64,000 bases of DNA, from assembly GCA_958295755.1 (NCBI GenBank), contig OY282367.1, forward strand, positions 932,022 to 996,021. Direction: 5' to 3'. Shown here one piece after another: positions 16,657 through 26,896 of the stretch. Source of the stretch: an uncultured Acidimicrobiales bacterium. GTDB lineage: Bacteria; Actinomycetota; Acidimicrobiia; Acidimicrobiales; Hopanoidiivorantaceae. The notes beneath the pieces are model-generated. The model did no database searches and was not told the origin of the DNA. It was given only the letters and a program-made list of their open reading frames with translations. A program made the translations under genes and the position numbers. The stretch's first letter is position 1. Every line of letters starts with the position of its first letter.

Positions 16657-17772
16657 CTATAGCACTCGTTCTAGGGCGTTTTGTAGCACTGAATTGGGGA
16701 CACCTTTGACGACTTCGGGGCCGTTTGGGCCGTCTAGCACGAAAGTGAGGTCGCCGATTGCCTTTTTGTCGCGAGCGAAGAGAGCTATCAGGGTTTCAGG
16801 GGGCGGGATTGCTGAAGTGCTAGCGAAAGCTTCACTTAGCGATGTTGCTAAACCGTAGCTACTTACCACTTGCCGATCTTCAGCTACGCGCTCATCGTCA
16901 ATGCGGCCCATCAGATGCGCTACCTCTGCTGCGTATATCAGTCCGATGCCGACAGCTTCGCCATGAGTGAGTTCAAAACCGCCTGCTATTTCTAAAGCAT
17001 GTGCCAGAGTATGTCCGTAGTTGAGCAGTGCACGCCGACCTGATTCGCGTTCGTCACTAGCCACTATCTCAGCTTTCAAGGCAACGCAACGGGCTATACG
17101 CTCTTCTAAGGCCATATCGTTCAGTCGCTCAGCCCCGAGTAGTTCGTATTTTGCTATCTCGCCACAGCCGCTACGAAATTCACGCTCTGGCAGGGTGCTT
17201 AAAGTTTCAGTGTCGCAAAGCACGGCAGATGGTTGCCAAAAAGCTCCGACTAAGTTTTTCCCCTCTGGCAGGTTTACTCCTGTCTTGCCCCCTATAGCGG
17301 CATCTACCTGACCTAACAAAGTTGTGGGCACATGAATCACAGGCAGTCCGCGATGATAAACCGCAGCAGCAAATCCAGCTACATCCGTTACCACTCCCCC
17401 GCCCACGCCCACCACTACATCGCCACGCGTTAGCCCCCATTCAGCAAAATCTCGACACAGCCTCTCTATTACCGACATCGTCTTCGCTTCTTCGCCGTCG
17501 GGAATAACGAACATTTTTTTCTCGATGAAACCACCCGCTGGCTCTTTTTGTGCCCTGCTTTCACCTTCTGCCTCGCCCGAACTTCCCCATCCCAGATCTT
17601 CCCCCCAGCCGATATTCGCCTGCATCACCACAGCCACTCGCCGCACCCCCTCAGGCAGACATTCGCGCAGACATTCACCAAGCTCTAGGCGAACTCCCGC
17701 CCCAACCCGCACAACATAAGAAGCATCTCCCAACTCCACAGGTACTTCTATGACCTTTTGAGATTCACTCAC
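16657..17772 (-). CDS. aroB: 3-dehydroquinate synthase
   Basis: GGGVVTDVAGFAAAVYHRGLPVIHVPTTLLGQVDAAIGGKTGVN. Contains a Gly/Glu-rich insertion (GWGEDLGWGSSGEAEGES…). Confidence 0.93.
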   Translation of the reverse strand: MSESQKVIEVPVELGDASYVVRVGAGVRLELGECLRECLPEGVRRVAVVMQANIGWGEDLGWGSSGEAEGESRAQKEPAGGFIEKKMFVIPDGEEAKTMSVIERLCRDFAEWGLTRGDVVVGVGGGVVTDVAGFAAAVYHRGLPVIHVPTTLLGQVDAAIGGKTGVNLPEGKNLVGAFWQPSAVLCDTETLSTLPEREFRSGCGEIAKYELLGAERLNDMALEERIARCVALKAEIVASDERESGRRALLNYGHTLAHALEIAGGFELTHGEAVGIGLIYAAEVAHLMGRIDDERVAEDRQVVSSYGLATSLSEAFASTSAIPPPETLIALFARDKKAIGDLTFVLDGPNGPEVVKGVPNSVLQNALERVL

Positions 17773-17779
17773 CTTGAAT

Positions 17780-18322
17780 TCACCTGTCTTTCATATCTTT
17801 GCTACTTTTCACATTTTCAATCACAGCTTCTACGGCTGCGGATTGACCAATTTGTGAGACATTCAGGGTTATGTCGGCCACTGCTTTGTATAGATGGTGG
17901 CGTTCATCTTGAAGTCGGGTCAGCGTGGCTTCCATTTCGGCAACATCGCCTTTGGGCACAAGTGGGCGAGGATTAGGACTATTGGATAGATGGTGAGCAA
18001 TAGAGCTTATGTCGGCTTGCAGCCACAAGACTACGGCGTGTTCGTTCAACAGATGTCGGTTATCTGCTCGCAGCACCACTCCTCCACCTGTGGAGATGAT
18101 AGCTTGTCGCGTGTCGCTCAAGAGATCGTTGAGCACCTTGTGCTCCAACTCTCTAAACGCTTCTTCGCCGTCTTCGCTGAAAATTTCGGCTACAGGTTTG
18201 CCTGCTATTCGTGAAACTAAAGCGTCGCTGTCTCTAAAAGGCGTCTCGCAGGCGCGCGATGCTTTGCGGGCAACACTTGTTTTGCCTGCCCCCATCATTC
18301 CCACTAAGGCAACATGGCGCAC
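17780..18322 (-). CDS. aroK: Shikimate kinase
   Basis: P-loop VGMMGAGKTSVAR; 180 aa. Confidence 0.9.
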   Translation of the reverse strand: MRHVALVGMMGAGKTSVARKASRACETPFRDSDALVSRIAGKPVAEIFSEDGEEAFRELEHKVLNDLLSDTRQAIISTGGGVVLRADNRHLLNEHAVVLWLQADISSIAHHLSNSPNPRPLVPKGDVAEMEATLTRLQDERHHLYKAVADITLNVSQIGQSAAVEAVIENVKSSKDMKDR

Positions 18323-18362
18323 AATCTCATTCTAAATGCTGTGTTTCAAGCTATGGCAATCT

Positions 18363-19262
18363 TTACGACGCTGGGCTTTGCGATGATGCTGGGCCTTGCG
18401 ATGCCGCTGCTGTCATAGCTTGTATCGGGGCTGGGTGAGAAGTCCAGAGTTCAAAGGCACGGGCGGCTTGGTGGATGAGCATGCCAAGTCCGTTGTGAGC
18501 TTTGATGCCTTTGGAGCGAGCTTGTGTTAAGAAAGGGGTTTCAGGAGGGTCGTAGATGAGGTCTAAGACTGTCTGGTCGGGGTGGAGCAACATCGGCGAT
18601 ATCGGAGTTTCGCCAGCTAGCTTGCCCATGCCTAGAGGGGTGGCATTTATTATCAAGTCAAACTCGCCGGCGGTGTCTGGTGCGACGACCTCCCCTTTGT
18701 CGCCTGCCAGAGCTGCTGCTTGTTCGGCTCGCTCGGAGGTGCGGTTGGCTACGGCTATGCGAACAGCACCAGCTTGGGCTAAAGCAAGCGCGGCTGCTCG
18801 GGCTGCCCCGCCCGCACCTAGGATGAGGCAGGTGGAGCCGTCTGGGTTGAAGGCTAGATCTTCGCGCAGGCTAGTGATGAGACCATAACCGTCAGTGTTG
18901 TGACCTACTAGTTCTGTTTCGCTGTCAGTCTTGCACACCACACAATTCACTGCATTTAGTGTTTTGGCTTCTTCTGTGAGGCTGTCTACCGCTTCGGCAA
19001 CTGCCGATTTGTGAGGCATCGTCACCGACAGCCCTGCTATTCCAAAACGTTCCATGCTCGCAAGAGCTTCGGGAGCGTACCCGTCTGGCACTTCCCACGC
19101 CACAAACACCCAGGGCAGTCCAACTTCTCGAAATGCGGCATTGTGAATAGCTGGCGACAGCGAATGCCCCACCGGTGCCCCGATAACCGCTGCCAAAGCT
19201 GGTTTAGTTTGCATGGCTGAAGATTCTTTGGTTTGCATGTCTATTGATTCACTTGACTCCAC
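18363..19262 (-). CDS. aroE: Shikimate dehydrogenase
   Basis: GHSLSPAIHNAAF, SVTMPHK, GAGGAARA. The true start may be the internal MQTKPALAAVIG. Confidence 0.9.
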   Translation of the reverse strand: MESSESIDMQTKESSAMQTKPALAAVIGAPVGHSLSPAIHNAAFREVGLPWVFVAWEVPDGYAPEALASMERFGIAGLSVTMPHKSAVAEAVDSLTEEAKTLNAVNCVVCKTDSETELVGHNTDGYGLITSLREDLAFNPDGSTCLILGAGGAARAAALALAQAGAVRIAVANRTSERAEQAAALAGDKGEVVAPDTAGEFDLIINATPLGMGKLAGETPISPMLLHPDQTVLDLIYDPPETPFLTQARSKGIKAHNGLGMLIHQAARAFELWTSHPAPIQAMTAAASQGPASSQSPAS

Positions 19263-19287
19263 AGTGCTTATCGTGAGTATATTGAAT

Positions 19288-20550
19288 TTAAAATAGGCCT
19301 TCGGCTTGGGAGCGGTTTACTTGGTTGAGGAAATCTTCATAGTTGTTGGTGAAGAAGTGGGAGCCATCTGGGGCGGCTAGCACATAGAATAGCCAGTCGC
19401 CTTCGGCTGGGTTGAGGGCGGCTTCTAAGGCGGCACGGCCGGGGGTGGCTATGGGAGTTGGTGGAAGACCTTTATAGAGCCGGGTGTTGTAGGGGGAATC
19501 TACAGCTAAGTCATCTACGGTGAGTTCGGCTGTGTGGCGGCCGATGGCGTAAAGCACAGTGGCGTCTATCTCTAGGCGCATGTCTTGGGCTAAACGGTTG
19601 TAGATGACTCTAGCTATTTTGGCTCGGTCTTCTGGCACACGGGCCTCTTCTTCTACCATTGAAGCCACGATTATGACTTCATAGGCAGTGAGGCCGGTGC
19701 GACTTAGGGCATCGCTATAGCCGAGTTCTGCTACCACTTCATCGAACTGGTTAACCATTCGAGTGACTAGACCGGCTTCGTCTTCAAAATCGTTTTCGCC
19801 CACTTGGTAGGTGTCGGGGAAAAGCAAACCTTCTAGGTTGGTATTGCCTTCTGGTTGAAAGTCTGAGCGGATGATACCTGTGTATATTGCTGTGTTGAGC
19901 TCAGTTTCGTTGAATTCGGGCAGAGCGTCAAGGAGGCGACCTGAGATATCGGTGAGCCAGAGACCTTCAGGCAGAGTAACTGATTTGCCCGGGAGCACTA
20001 GAGGGCCTGAAACGAGCACAGATTCTGCTTCCGAGAGCGACATGTTACGGTTGAATTGGTAGTCGCCTGCCTGATATGGCCCATCGCCACGCCATGCGAA
20101 GCGGGTGACTAAGGCATTGGATACTACATTTTCATCAGCAAGAATGCGAGCGATGTCGTTGGTGGAAGCTCCTTGAGGGATGGCTACAAGCACTTCGGTA
20201 CCGGGCGGGCCGGGCGGATCTATTTGATCTCTCAACCAGCTGTAAGCAACGAAAACAGCACCGCCGATCAAACCGAAAAGGATAGTAGCTAGAAGGACTA
20301 GACGGGCAAATAGTGGCCAAGGTCTGCGGAAGCGCACCCATGTTTCGTCATGTGATGTCTCGGTGGGTGGCGCAGACTGAGGGGGTGGGGCTACCTGAGG
20401 GTGTGCGGGTAGAGGCGATGAGGCTGGCTGGTGAGATGATGGTTGAGGCGGCACGGGATGAGGGGGTGCGACGGGCTGAGGTGACGCAGGCGATACTTGC
20501 TCGCCGTCGAAGTCTTCAAACCCCAGTAGTTTCCGCCAATACGCAGGCAT
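19288..20550 (-). CDS. mltG: Endolytic murein transglycosylase MltG (YceG-like) with a Pro-rich N-terminal extension
   Basis: One TM segment and SPYNTRLYKGLPPTPIATPG. Sits in the conserved position after ruvX. Confidence 0.88.
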   Translation of the reverse strand: MPAYWRKLLGFEDFDGEQVSPASPQPVAPPHPVPPQPSSHQPASSPLPAHPQVAPPPQSAPPTETSHDETWVRFRRPWPLFARLVLLATILFGLIGGAVFVAYSWLRDQIDPPGPPGTEVLVAIPQGASTNDIARILADENVVSNALVTRFAWRGDGPYQAGDYQFNRNMSLSEAESVLVSGPLVLPGKSVTLPEGLWLTDISGRLLDALPEFNETELNTAIYTGIIRSDFQPEGNTNLEGLLFPDTYQVGENDFEDEAGLVTRMVNQFDEVVAELGYSDALSRTGLTAYEVIIVASMVEEEARVPEDRAKIARVIYNRLAQDMRLEIDATVLYAIGRHTAELTVDDLAVDSPYNTRLYKGLPPTPIATPGRAALEAALNPAEGDWLFYVLAAPDGSHFFTNNYEDFLNQVNRSQAEGLF

Positions 20551-20559
20551 AGACGAACT

Positions 20560-20994
20560 TTAGGGGGTGCGGGCGTCTAGCCAGGATTGAAGCATTACAG
20601 TAGCTGCGGATTTGTCTATTACTTCTTTTCGGCGTTTGCGACTGAGATCGGCTTCTAGCATGGCTTGCTCGGCTATGGATGTGGTGAAGCGTTCGTCGTG
20701 GGTGAAAACAGGAATATCTATAAGCTCGCGCAAAACCTCTATTTGAGCATCAGCTGCTTGAGTAGCCGGCCCAGAGGTGCCATCTAAACTCAGCGGCATT
20801 CCCACTACCACTGCCTCTGCTTTGATTTCTGAAGCCATCTCAAGCAATTTTCGACACAAAACTTCGCTACTAGTTTTGCTACTAGATTTTGCGGGCAACT
20901 CAATAACCGTATAGGGAGTTGCCACGACACCATCGGGGTCGCTCACGGCTACGCCCACTCGCCGTTCCCCCAGATCGATCCCCAAAACCCTCAC
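20560..20994 (-). CDS. ruvX: Holliday-junction resolvase-like nuclease RuvX/YqgF
   Basis: RVLGIDLGERRVGVAVSD; 144 aa; overlaps the alaS stop. Confidence 0.92.
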   Translation of the reverse strand: MRVLGIDLGERRVGVAVSDPDGVVATPYTVIELPAKSSSKTSSEVLCRKLLEMASEIKAEAVVVGMPLSLDGTSGPATQAADAQIEVLRELIDIPVFTHDERFTTSIAEQAMLEADLSRKRRKEVIDKSAATVMLQSWLDARTP

Positions 20995-23645
20995 TTTAAT
21001 AGCTGCTCCTTCGCAGTTTGGCGGGCTAGCTCTAAAGCTTCAGCTAACTTGTCGGCATTTTTACCACCTCCCATAGCTAGATCGGGGTTTTCTGCACCCC
21101 CACCTTGCACCAGTTTGAGAGCATCTTTGAGCATCTCTGAAGCGTGCAAGCCTTTGTCTGGGGCGACTGAAGCAACCAATGTAACTCCGCCTTTGGCAGC
21201 AGCGGTGCCCAGGATAACTGCGCTCAAGTCTTCCTTCTGGCAAACTTCTACCGCCAGCGCACGAAGGTCGTTTTTGTCTATGTCGGCGACCTCAGCAGCC
21301 AGCACTCCTCCTTCGGCTTGTTTTGCCAAATCGCCCGCTTGGCCAACAGCAGCTTGGCGGCGGGTGTCGCTCAACTCGTCTCGCAAGCTTTTGATTTCTT
21401 CGCGGTGCTTGCGGGCACTGTCTTCTAAATCTTCTTGTGGCACACCTAGAATACCTGCTGCCTGTGCAAGTTTATTTTCGGCTTGGCGCAGGCGATCCAT
21501 CACGCCCGTGCCGCAGATAGCTTCTATCCTGCGGATGTTCGCGCCGATAGAACTCTCTGAGATAACCTTCAACAGACCGATGTCGCCTGTGGCTTTCACA
21601 TGAGTGCCACCGCATAGCTCAAGTGAATGGCTACCTGCTTCCAACACCAAAACTTCATCTCCGTATTTGTCGCCGAAGAATGAGAGCGCACCTAGGGATT
21701 TTGCTTCGTTGAATGTGGTCTCAAAATGGCGGACTTGCTCATTAGCTAACACATCTGTGTTCACGAGGTCTTCTATGGTTTGGATCTCTTCATCTGTTAC
21801 AGCTTGGAAATGAGTGAAGTCAAAACGGAGCCTATCGTGGCCCACCCACGAGCCTTGTTGCGTAACATGATCGCCTAGAACTTCCCGCAATGCCCAATGA
21901 AGCAAGTGTGTGCCAGTATGATGACGGCGAATAGAGGAGCGACGGTCGGTGTCTATCTGTGCGAGAACTGAATCGCCCGGCGAAAGTTGAGCGGCCTCGG
22001 CTGTGTGATGCAAACGGATACATGGAACAACATAAGTTGTGTCGGTTATGCGAATTGCTGTATCTTTTGAGGCTTTATTATCAACCGAATCTCCAGAAGC
22101 CTCATCACTAGAAAGCAGCCACAAAACCCCAGTATCTCCCACTTGCCCGCCAGCCTCAGCATAGAACGGAGTGCGATCTAAGATCACACCTTGGGGCGTT
22201 ACTAGCAGCACTTTTGCTTCAGTAGGTTTGCTGACAGCAGAGTCTTCACGCCCCATGAAAAGCGTCTCGCCGTGCTCTTCCAATATCGCAATCTCAGCCG
22301 ACAAATCTTCACTTTGGGGCAGTTTGTCTTGGCGGTCTTTGCGGGCACGCTCGCGTTGCTTAGACATCTCGTCGTTGAAACCCTCAACATCCACTGCCAT
22401 TTCTTGTTCCATAACAGCTTCTTCAATTAACTCCAGCGGAAAGCCGTAGGTGTCGTGCAGTTGGAAAGCCGTCGCGCCAGAAAGGGTATCGCCAGCGCGC
22501 ATTTGCCCTAACTCGTCTGTTAAAATCGCCATCCCTCGTGAGAGTGTCGCACGAAATCGCTCTTCCTCGCGCTCTACTACTTCACGCACAAAATGGTGAT
22601 TATTATCCAAGTCGGGATATTCGCTGTCCATCATCGCCACTACTTCGTCCACCATCTCGGGGCAAGCCACCCGCTCAACCCCGAGCAAATGTGCATGACG
22701 AATAGCACGGCGCATAATGCGGCGCAACACATAGCCTCTGTCTTCGTTGGAAGGGAACACTCCGTCTGTAATCAAAAAAGTCATGGCTCGTGCGTGCTCT
22801 GCCATGATTCGCAGAGAAATATCTTTTTGTGGGTCTTTGCCGTAGGGAATGGCTGCTATCTCAGAAGCCTTATCTACTAGACGCGCCATCTCGTCTATTT
22901 CAAACACTGAAGTGACTTTTTGAAGGATGACAAGTAGCCGCTCTAAACCGGCTCCAGTATCTATGCTCGGTTTCGGCAGAGGATGTAGCCCGTCAAGGCG
23001 TTGCTCAGACTGCATAAACACGAGATTCCAAAACTCCACATAGCGGTCTTCACCGAAAGTGTGCAGACTTGAGGCCTCAGCAGGGCCGGGATTATCGGTT
23101 CGCTTATCAGCAGGAAGAGTGTCAAAAAAGAGTTCTGAACAGGGGCCACACGGGCCAAGCTCGCCCATACGCCAATAGTTGTCATCGTCTAGTCGTTGGA
23201 TGCGGTCGGGGGCTACGCCTGCTGCGTCTCGCCAGATTTCAGCGGCTTCGTCATCGTTGATGTGGACAGTAATCCAGATATTGTCAGGGTCAAAACCGAG
23301 GATTTCTGTGCTGAATTCCCAACTCCAGACGATGGCGTCATGTTTGAAATAGTCGCCGAAGCTGAAGTTGCCTAGCATCTCAAAAAATGTGAGATGGCGG
23401 TTGGTGCGGCCAACTCCGTCTAAGTCGTTATGTTTGCCACCAGCGCGCACACACTTTTGCACACTCACTGCCCGGGGCCAAGGTGCTGGCTCTTCCCCCA
23501 CGAAATACGACTTGAAAGGAACCATCCCTGCCACTGTGAAAAGCAAACTCGGATCGTGGGGCACGAGATTGCCAGAAGGCACTTTGGTGTGCCCTCGCTC
23601 GGCGAAAAATCGCAAAAACTGCTCACGAAGTTGCTTGGCTTCCAT
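20991..23645 (-). CDS. alaS: Alanine--tRNA ligase
   Basis: 884 aa; FTVAGMVPFK, RAGGKHNDLDGVGRTNRHLTFFEMLGNFSFGDYFK. Confidence 0.97.
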   Translation of the reverse strand: MEAKQLREQFLRFFAERGHTKVPSGNLVPHDPSLLFTVAGMVPFKSYFVGEEPAPWPRAVSVQKCVRAGGKHNDLDGVGRTNRHLTFFEMLGNFSFGDYFKHDAIVWSWEFSTEILGFDPDNIWITVHINDDEAAEIWRDAAGVAPDRIQRLDDDNYWRMGELGPCGPCSELFFDTLPADKRTDNPGPAEASSLHTFGEDRYVEFWNLVFMQSEQRLDGLHPLPKPSIDTGAGLERLLVILQKVTSVFEIDEMARLVDKASEIAAIPYGKDPQKDISLRIMAEHARAMTFLITDGVFPSNEDRGYVLRRIMRRAIRHAHLLGVERVACPEMVDEVVAMMDSEYPDLDNNHHFVREVVEREEERFRATLSRGMAILTDELGQMRAGDTLSGATAFQLHDTYGFPLELIEEAVMEQEMAVDVEGFNDEMSKQRERARKDRQDKLPQSEDLSAEIAILEEHGETLFMGREDSAVSKPTEAKVLLVTPQGVILDRTPFYAEAGGQVGDTGVLWLLSSDEASGDSVDNKASKDTAIRITDTTYVVPCIRLHHTAEAAQLSPGDSVLAQIDTDRRSSIRRHHTGTHLLHWALREVLGDHVTQQGSWVGHDRLRFDFTHFQAVTDEEIQTIEDLVNTDVLANEQVRHFETTFNEAKSLGALSFFGDKYGDEVLVLEAGSHSLELCGGTHVKATGDIGLLKVISESSIGANIRRIEAICGTGVMDRLRQAENKLAQAAGILGVPQEDLEDSARKHREEIKSLRDELSDTRRQAAVGQAGDLAKQAEGGVLAAEVADIDKNDLRALAVEVCQKEDLSAVILGTAAAKGGVTLVASVAPDKGLHASEMLKDALKLVQGGGAENPDLAMGGGKNADKLAEALELARQTAKEQLLK

Positions 23646-23694
23646 AGTATTATCAGTCTATCTGTGGGTGTGATGAGCATAAGATGGAATACTG

Positions 23695-24717
23695 ATGACA
23701 ACTGTGTTGGTAACTTTTGCTTGGGAGAGAGTGCGGGAGCTGGCTGAGCGGCACTCTGATGTGGAATTTTTAGAGGTGAAAGCGTCTGGGCAGCTGGAAC
23801 GGAGTATGGGAGGAGACGGAGTCAAGAGGGACGGAGTGGGGGGCGAAACCAGCAACACAGCAACCCACCTAGAGAGCATGAAGGCAACTACCCCAGAAGG
23901 CGAAGTTTTGCTTACTTCACCACAGGGAGTTGACGGATTAGCTGAGATATTAGAGGCAGGGGTGCGATGGGTGCATGTGGTGGGGACGGGAGTAGATCGC
24001 TTCCCGATGGAGTTGCTAGGCGAACAACTACTAACTTGCTCGCGAGGTGCCAGTGCTGTGCCAATTTCAGAATGGGCGATGGCGCACATTTTGGCAGAGG
24101 CGAAACACCTGCCTGAGGCATGGGTCACAGAAAAACCAGAACGATGGTTCTTCCCTCAAACACCAGCGGCGACACTAGTAGGGCAACGGCTCGGGATTAT
24201 CGGGCTAGGTGCTATTGCCACAGAAACAGCCAAGCGAGCAATGGCTTTTGGAATCGAAGTAATGGCTTTGCGGCGCACCGACAAGCCTGCTCCCTTGCCC
24301 GGCATTCAAGTGACGACATCACCAGAAGAGTTGGTAGCCGAAGCAGATTGCTTGCTCGTGGCTTGCGCCTTGACTGATTCAACACGAGATTTCGTAGACA
24401 GCAAGATGTTGGCAGCGTGTAAGCCCGGCTTACATCTACTGAATGTGGCTCGAGGGGAAATCATCAACGAAGACGCTTTGCGACAAGCTCTGGATTCTGG
24501 CATCGTAGAGCGCGCATCATTAGATACAGCAAAAAGCGAACCTTTGCCTGAAGACCACTGGATGTTTAGCCATCCTAAAGTTCGCCTCACTCCGCATATC
24601 TCATGGAGCGAACCGGGTGCCTTGGAACGTCTGCTAGAAGATTTCAGTCATAACTTGAGCCGCTGGGTAAGCGGCGAGCCGTTAGAGGGTGTGGTAGACC
24701 GCGAAGCTGGCTACTGA
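23695..24717 (+). CDS. D-isomer-specific 2-hydroxyacid dehydrogenase family protein
   Basis: NAD fold GIIGLGAIATETAKRA, then ARGEIINEDAL and TPHISW. Confidence 0.8.
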   Translation: MTTVLVTFAWERVRELAERHSDVEFLEVKASGQLERSMGGDGVKRDGVGGETSNTATHLESMKATTPEGEVLLTSPQGVDGLAEILEAGVRWVHVVGTGVDRFPMELLGEQLLTCSRGASAVPISEWAMAHILAEAKHLPEAWVTEKPERWFFPQTPAATLVGQRLGIIGLGAIATETAKRAMAFGIEVMALRRTDKPAPLPGIQVTTSPEELVAEADCLLVACALTDSTRDFVDSKMLAACKPGLHLLNVARGEIINEDALRQALDSGIVERASLDTAKSEPLPEDHWMFSHPKVRLTPHISWSEPGALERLLEDFSHNLSRWVSGEPLEGVVDREAGY

Positions 24718-25379
24718 ACATCTGGCGTTTGTAATCGCTTCAAGTGTTCGGCGAATAAATCATTCATGCCGCTATCTACTTTACTTTCAGCTAAATAGCG
24801 TTTCAGAAGTTCTCCGTATTTGTTCCAATGTTCAGACATAATAGTCACCGCTTGGGTATGCATAGCCCGCGGGGTTGACGGCAACGGTGCTTCTAATGGT
24901 ATGTTTCCGACACCTGCGACTCCGTAAAAATTGATTTCCACATGTCCTTCTTGGAAATGCTCATCTAAGGCTGTTCGTTTTCCATAAACATACCTGATGG
25001 GGAGAGACTTACTAGGTATCCAAGACAACCTGTAGTTGCCGTCCGGGTCTGACAGCGCATCTAATGGCAAGTGTTCTTCGCAGATGACTTGCTTGCTAGG
25101 AACTGTTACATACTCAGCTAGGTGCTCTTCCAAGGTTTTGTCATCTATCCAAGGGTTGGAAATTTCCAGCGGCGGCAAAGACGCTATTTCAAGATAAGGC
25201 ACTAAGTCTTGACCGTATATGGGGGCTCTATCGTATGTGGAATATTCACGGTGCGGAGGAGCCAGTCGCACCCAAACTTCTAGCTTGTCTCTAGCAGGGC
25301 GCAACGCAAGCCAGTATCCGCGAACTTGAAAGTCTTTGAGGGTAGCTATTACCACCTGTATGTATGTTGTGCTTGACAT
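24711..25379 (-). CDS. Hypothetical protein, 222 aa, no recognised domain (downstream of fic)
   Basis: Clean ORF. A duplicated RBS-like motif (ttagaaggggaaa x2) lies just upstream. The 3' end overlaps the convergent dehydrogenase by 7 nt. Confidence 0.5.
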   Translation of the reverse strand: MSSTTYIQVVIATLKDFQVRGYWLALRPARDKLEVWVRLAPPHREYSTYDRAPIYGQDLVPYLEIASLPPLEISNPWIDDKTLEEHLAEYVTVPSKQVICEEHLPLDALSDPDGNYRLSWIPSKSLPIRYVYGKRTALDEHFQEGHVEINFYGVAGVGNIPLEAPLPSTPRAMHTQAVTIMSEHWNKYGELLKRYLAESKVDSGMNDLFAEHLKRLQTPDVQ

Positions 25380-25418
25380 TGTTTCCCCTTCTAAATTTCC
25401 CCTTCTAAGTTGCCATTT

Positions 25419-26747
25419 CTAACTCGTGTCAGCCTGTTGCGGGATACGCGAAGAGTGGTTCGCCCCGGGGCGCACCTCTGTGATATCTCCGCTGGAATCT
25501 ATATAAAAGGCAGAACCGCCAGTTTGTTCAGGTTGTACGGCAGACCCAAACATAGTTTTGGCATAGTCTTCTATATTCCGCTCAAGTTTTTCAGCAAGCC
25601 GATATATATCTGGCGGCTCCCAAGTCTGTTCGCTACGCTTCTTGGAAGGATTCCAACGCTTTCTGCCAATCTGAACAATATCATCAGCTTCAAGCCTGTC
25701 AATGATCCGCCTCGCAGTAATCTCAGACACGTCCAACCTGTTTTGCATTTCATATCGGGTAAACACAGGAAACTCAGAGAGGTGAACAACAGCTTCGTAC
25801 AGATTCCTGCGTTTGCCATGAGACGCACCCAACCTCCCAAACCACTCTGACATCAATGCGTCACGCTCTGCGTAAAATTCTGCCATGCCCGCCAGAGCCG
25901 CTTCGACAGCCACAGCCTGAATCTGAACAGCCGGGTTGATGTCTCCGGCGCGATAAGAGTCAAACGATGCGAAATACTGAGATTTGAGAGCCAGCAAAGC
26001 CGAAGACACAGGTAGCGGCTTAGCACCGGACAGCAGTAGCATTCTTTGAATAGCTACCCTTCCCACACGGCCGTTGCCGTCTAAAAACGGGTGGATGCTC
26101 TCAAACTGAGCGTGCGACAAAGCCAACCGCTCCACTATCCCAATATCAGAACGAGAAGAAAATTCCACCCAGTCGTTTATCAGCCCGCTTACCGCTTCCG
26201 GCAAGGGTGCTACATAGTGTGCATCAAAAATCCCGCCTCGGCTGCCTATCCAGACTCGATCATCAGATTTGGAGCGGAAACGCCCAGCATAGTCCTCATC
26301 TCGCATGATTATCTCGTGATCTGCCAAAATCGTCTGCCGTGTTAAAGGCTGCGAGGGATGTTCCATAACCCGCAACAGACATTCCAAATTTTTTGCTGTT
26401 TCAAGTGCCCCGGGTTTAGCGTCCACTCCGGCGGCGGCACGGCATAAGTTCTGAAATTTAGTGCGGTTTCCTTCTATCCGAGAAGAGTTGATGGCTTCGG
26501 TTCTTAAGAGCAGTCCTTCCATGAATCCGCCCGTGCCACGGCGATGCTGTTCTAGTTTTTCTCTGGCACTCAGTGCCGCTTCCTTGATTTCTGCCGACAG
26601 AGGCACAGACGCTATGTCGGCTATGAGTGGCGGGACAGCGAATTCCACATTGCCGTATCTACTTTGCCCGATGTCTGTTAGCTCATTGACTCTGCGCACA
26701 ATTGCGCCAAACGGAGGGAGAGTTAATGATGTGCTCATCAAAACCAT
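25419..26747 (-). CDS. fic: Fic family protein (class II type with an N-terminal inhibitory helix motif)
   Basis: Fic motif HPFLDGNGRVGR. The N-terminal segment SSRIEGN fits the inhibitory pattern [ST]xxxE[GN]. A winged-helix-like C-terminal region reads ITARRIIDRLEADDIV. Confidence 0.88.
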   Translation of the reverse strand: MVLMSTSLTLPPFGAIVRRVNELTDIGQSRYGNVEFAVPPLIADIASVPLSAEIKEAALSAREKLEQHRRGTGGFMEGLLLRTEAINSSRIEGNRTKFQNLCRAAAGVDAKPGALETAKNLECLLRVMEHPSQPLTRQTILADHEIIMRDEDYAGRFRSKSDDRVWIGSRGGIFDAHYVAPLPEAVSGLINDWVEFSSRSDIGIVERLALSHAQFESIHPFLDGNGRVGRVAIQRMLLLSGAKPLPVSSALLALKSQYFASFDSYRAGDINPAVQIQAVAVEAALAGMAEFYAERDALMSEWFGRLGASHGKRRNLYEAVVHLSEFPVFTRYEMQNRLDVSEITARRIIDRLEADDIVQIGRKRWNPSKKRSEQTWEPPDIYRLAEKLERNIEDYAKTMFGSAVQPEQTGGSAFYIDSSGDITEVRPGANHSSRIPQQADTS

Positions 26748-26750
26748 TAT

Positions 26751-26830
26751 AGCTTATCTGATAGGAAAAGACAACCTATCTGATAGATTTCTTTGAAAAG
26801 CTGCTTATGCAGCAAGATTATCTGATAAAG
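26751..26830. repeat. 80-bp inverted-repeat element, left copy, rich in TATCTGATA motifs
   Basis: The reverse complement of 28818-28897 matches at about 73/80 positions by eye. Motif copies start at about 26754, 26776 and 26818. Confidence 0.8.
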
Positions 26831-26896
26831 ATTTACAGATAAAAATCAGATAATCCTCGCAAGCTTTCTTGCACGGCATCTAGCTCTAAGAGCTGG

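Noticed and set aside
17780-19262. Absence of aroC between aroE and aroK as a pathway gap
   Set aside because: Gene order varies between lineages, and aroC is most likely encoded elsewhere. This cannot be assessed from one window.
23658-24128. A 156-aa minus-strand ORF bridging the alaS promoter region and the dehydrogenase gene
   Set aside because: It is a shadow ORF opposite the 2-hydroxyacid dehydrogenase and has no RBS or motif.
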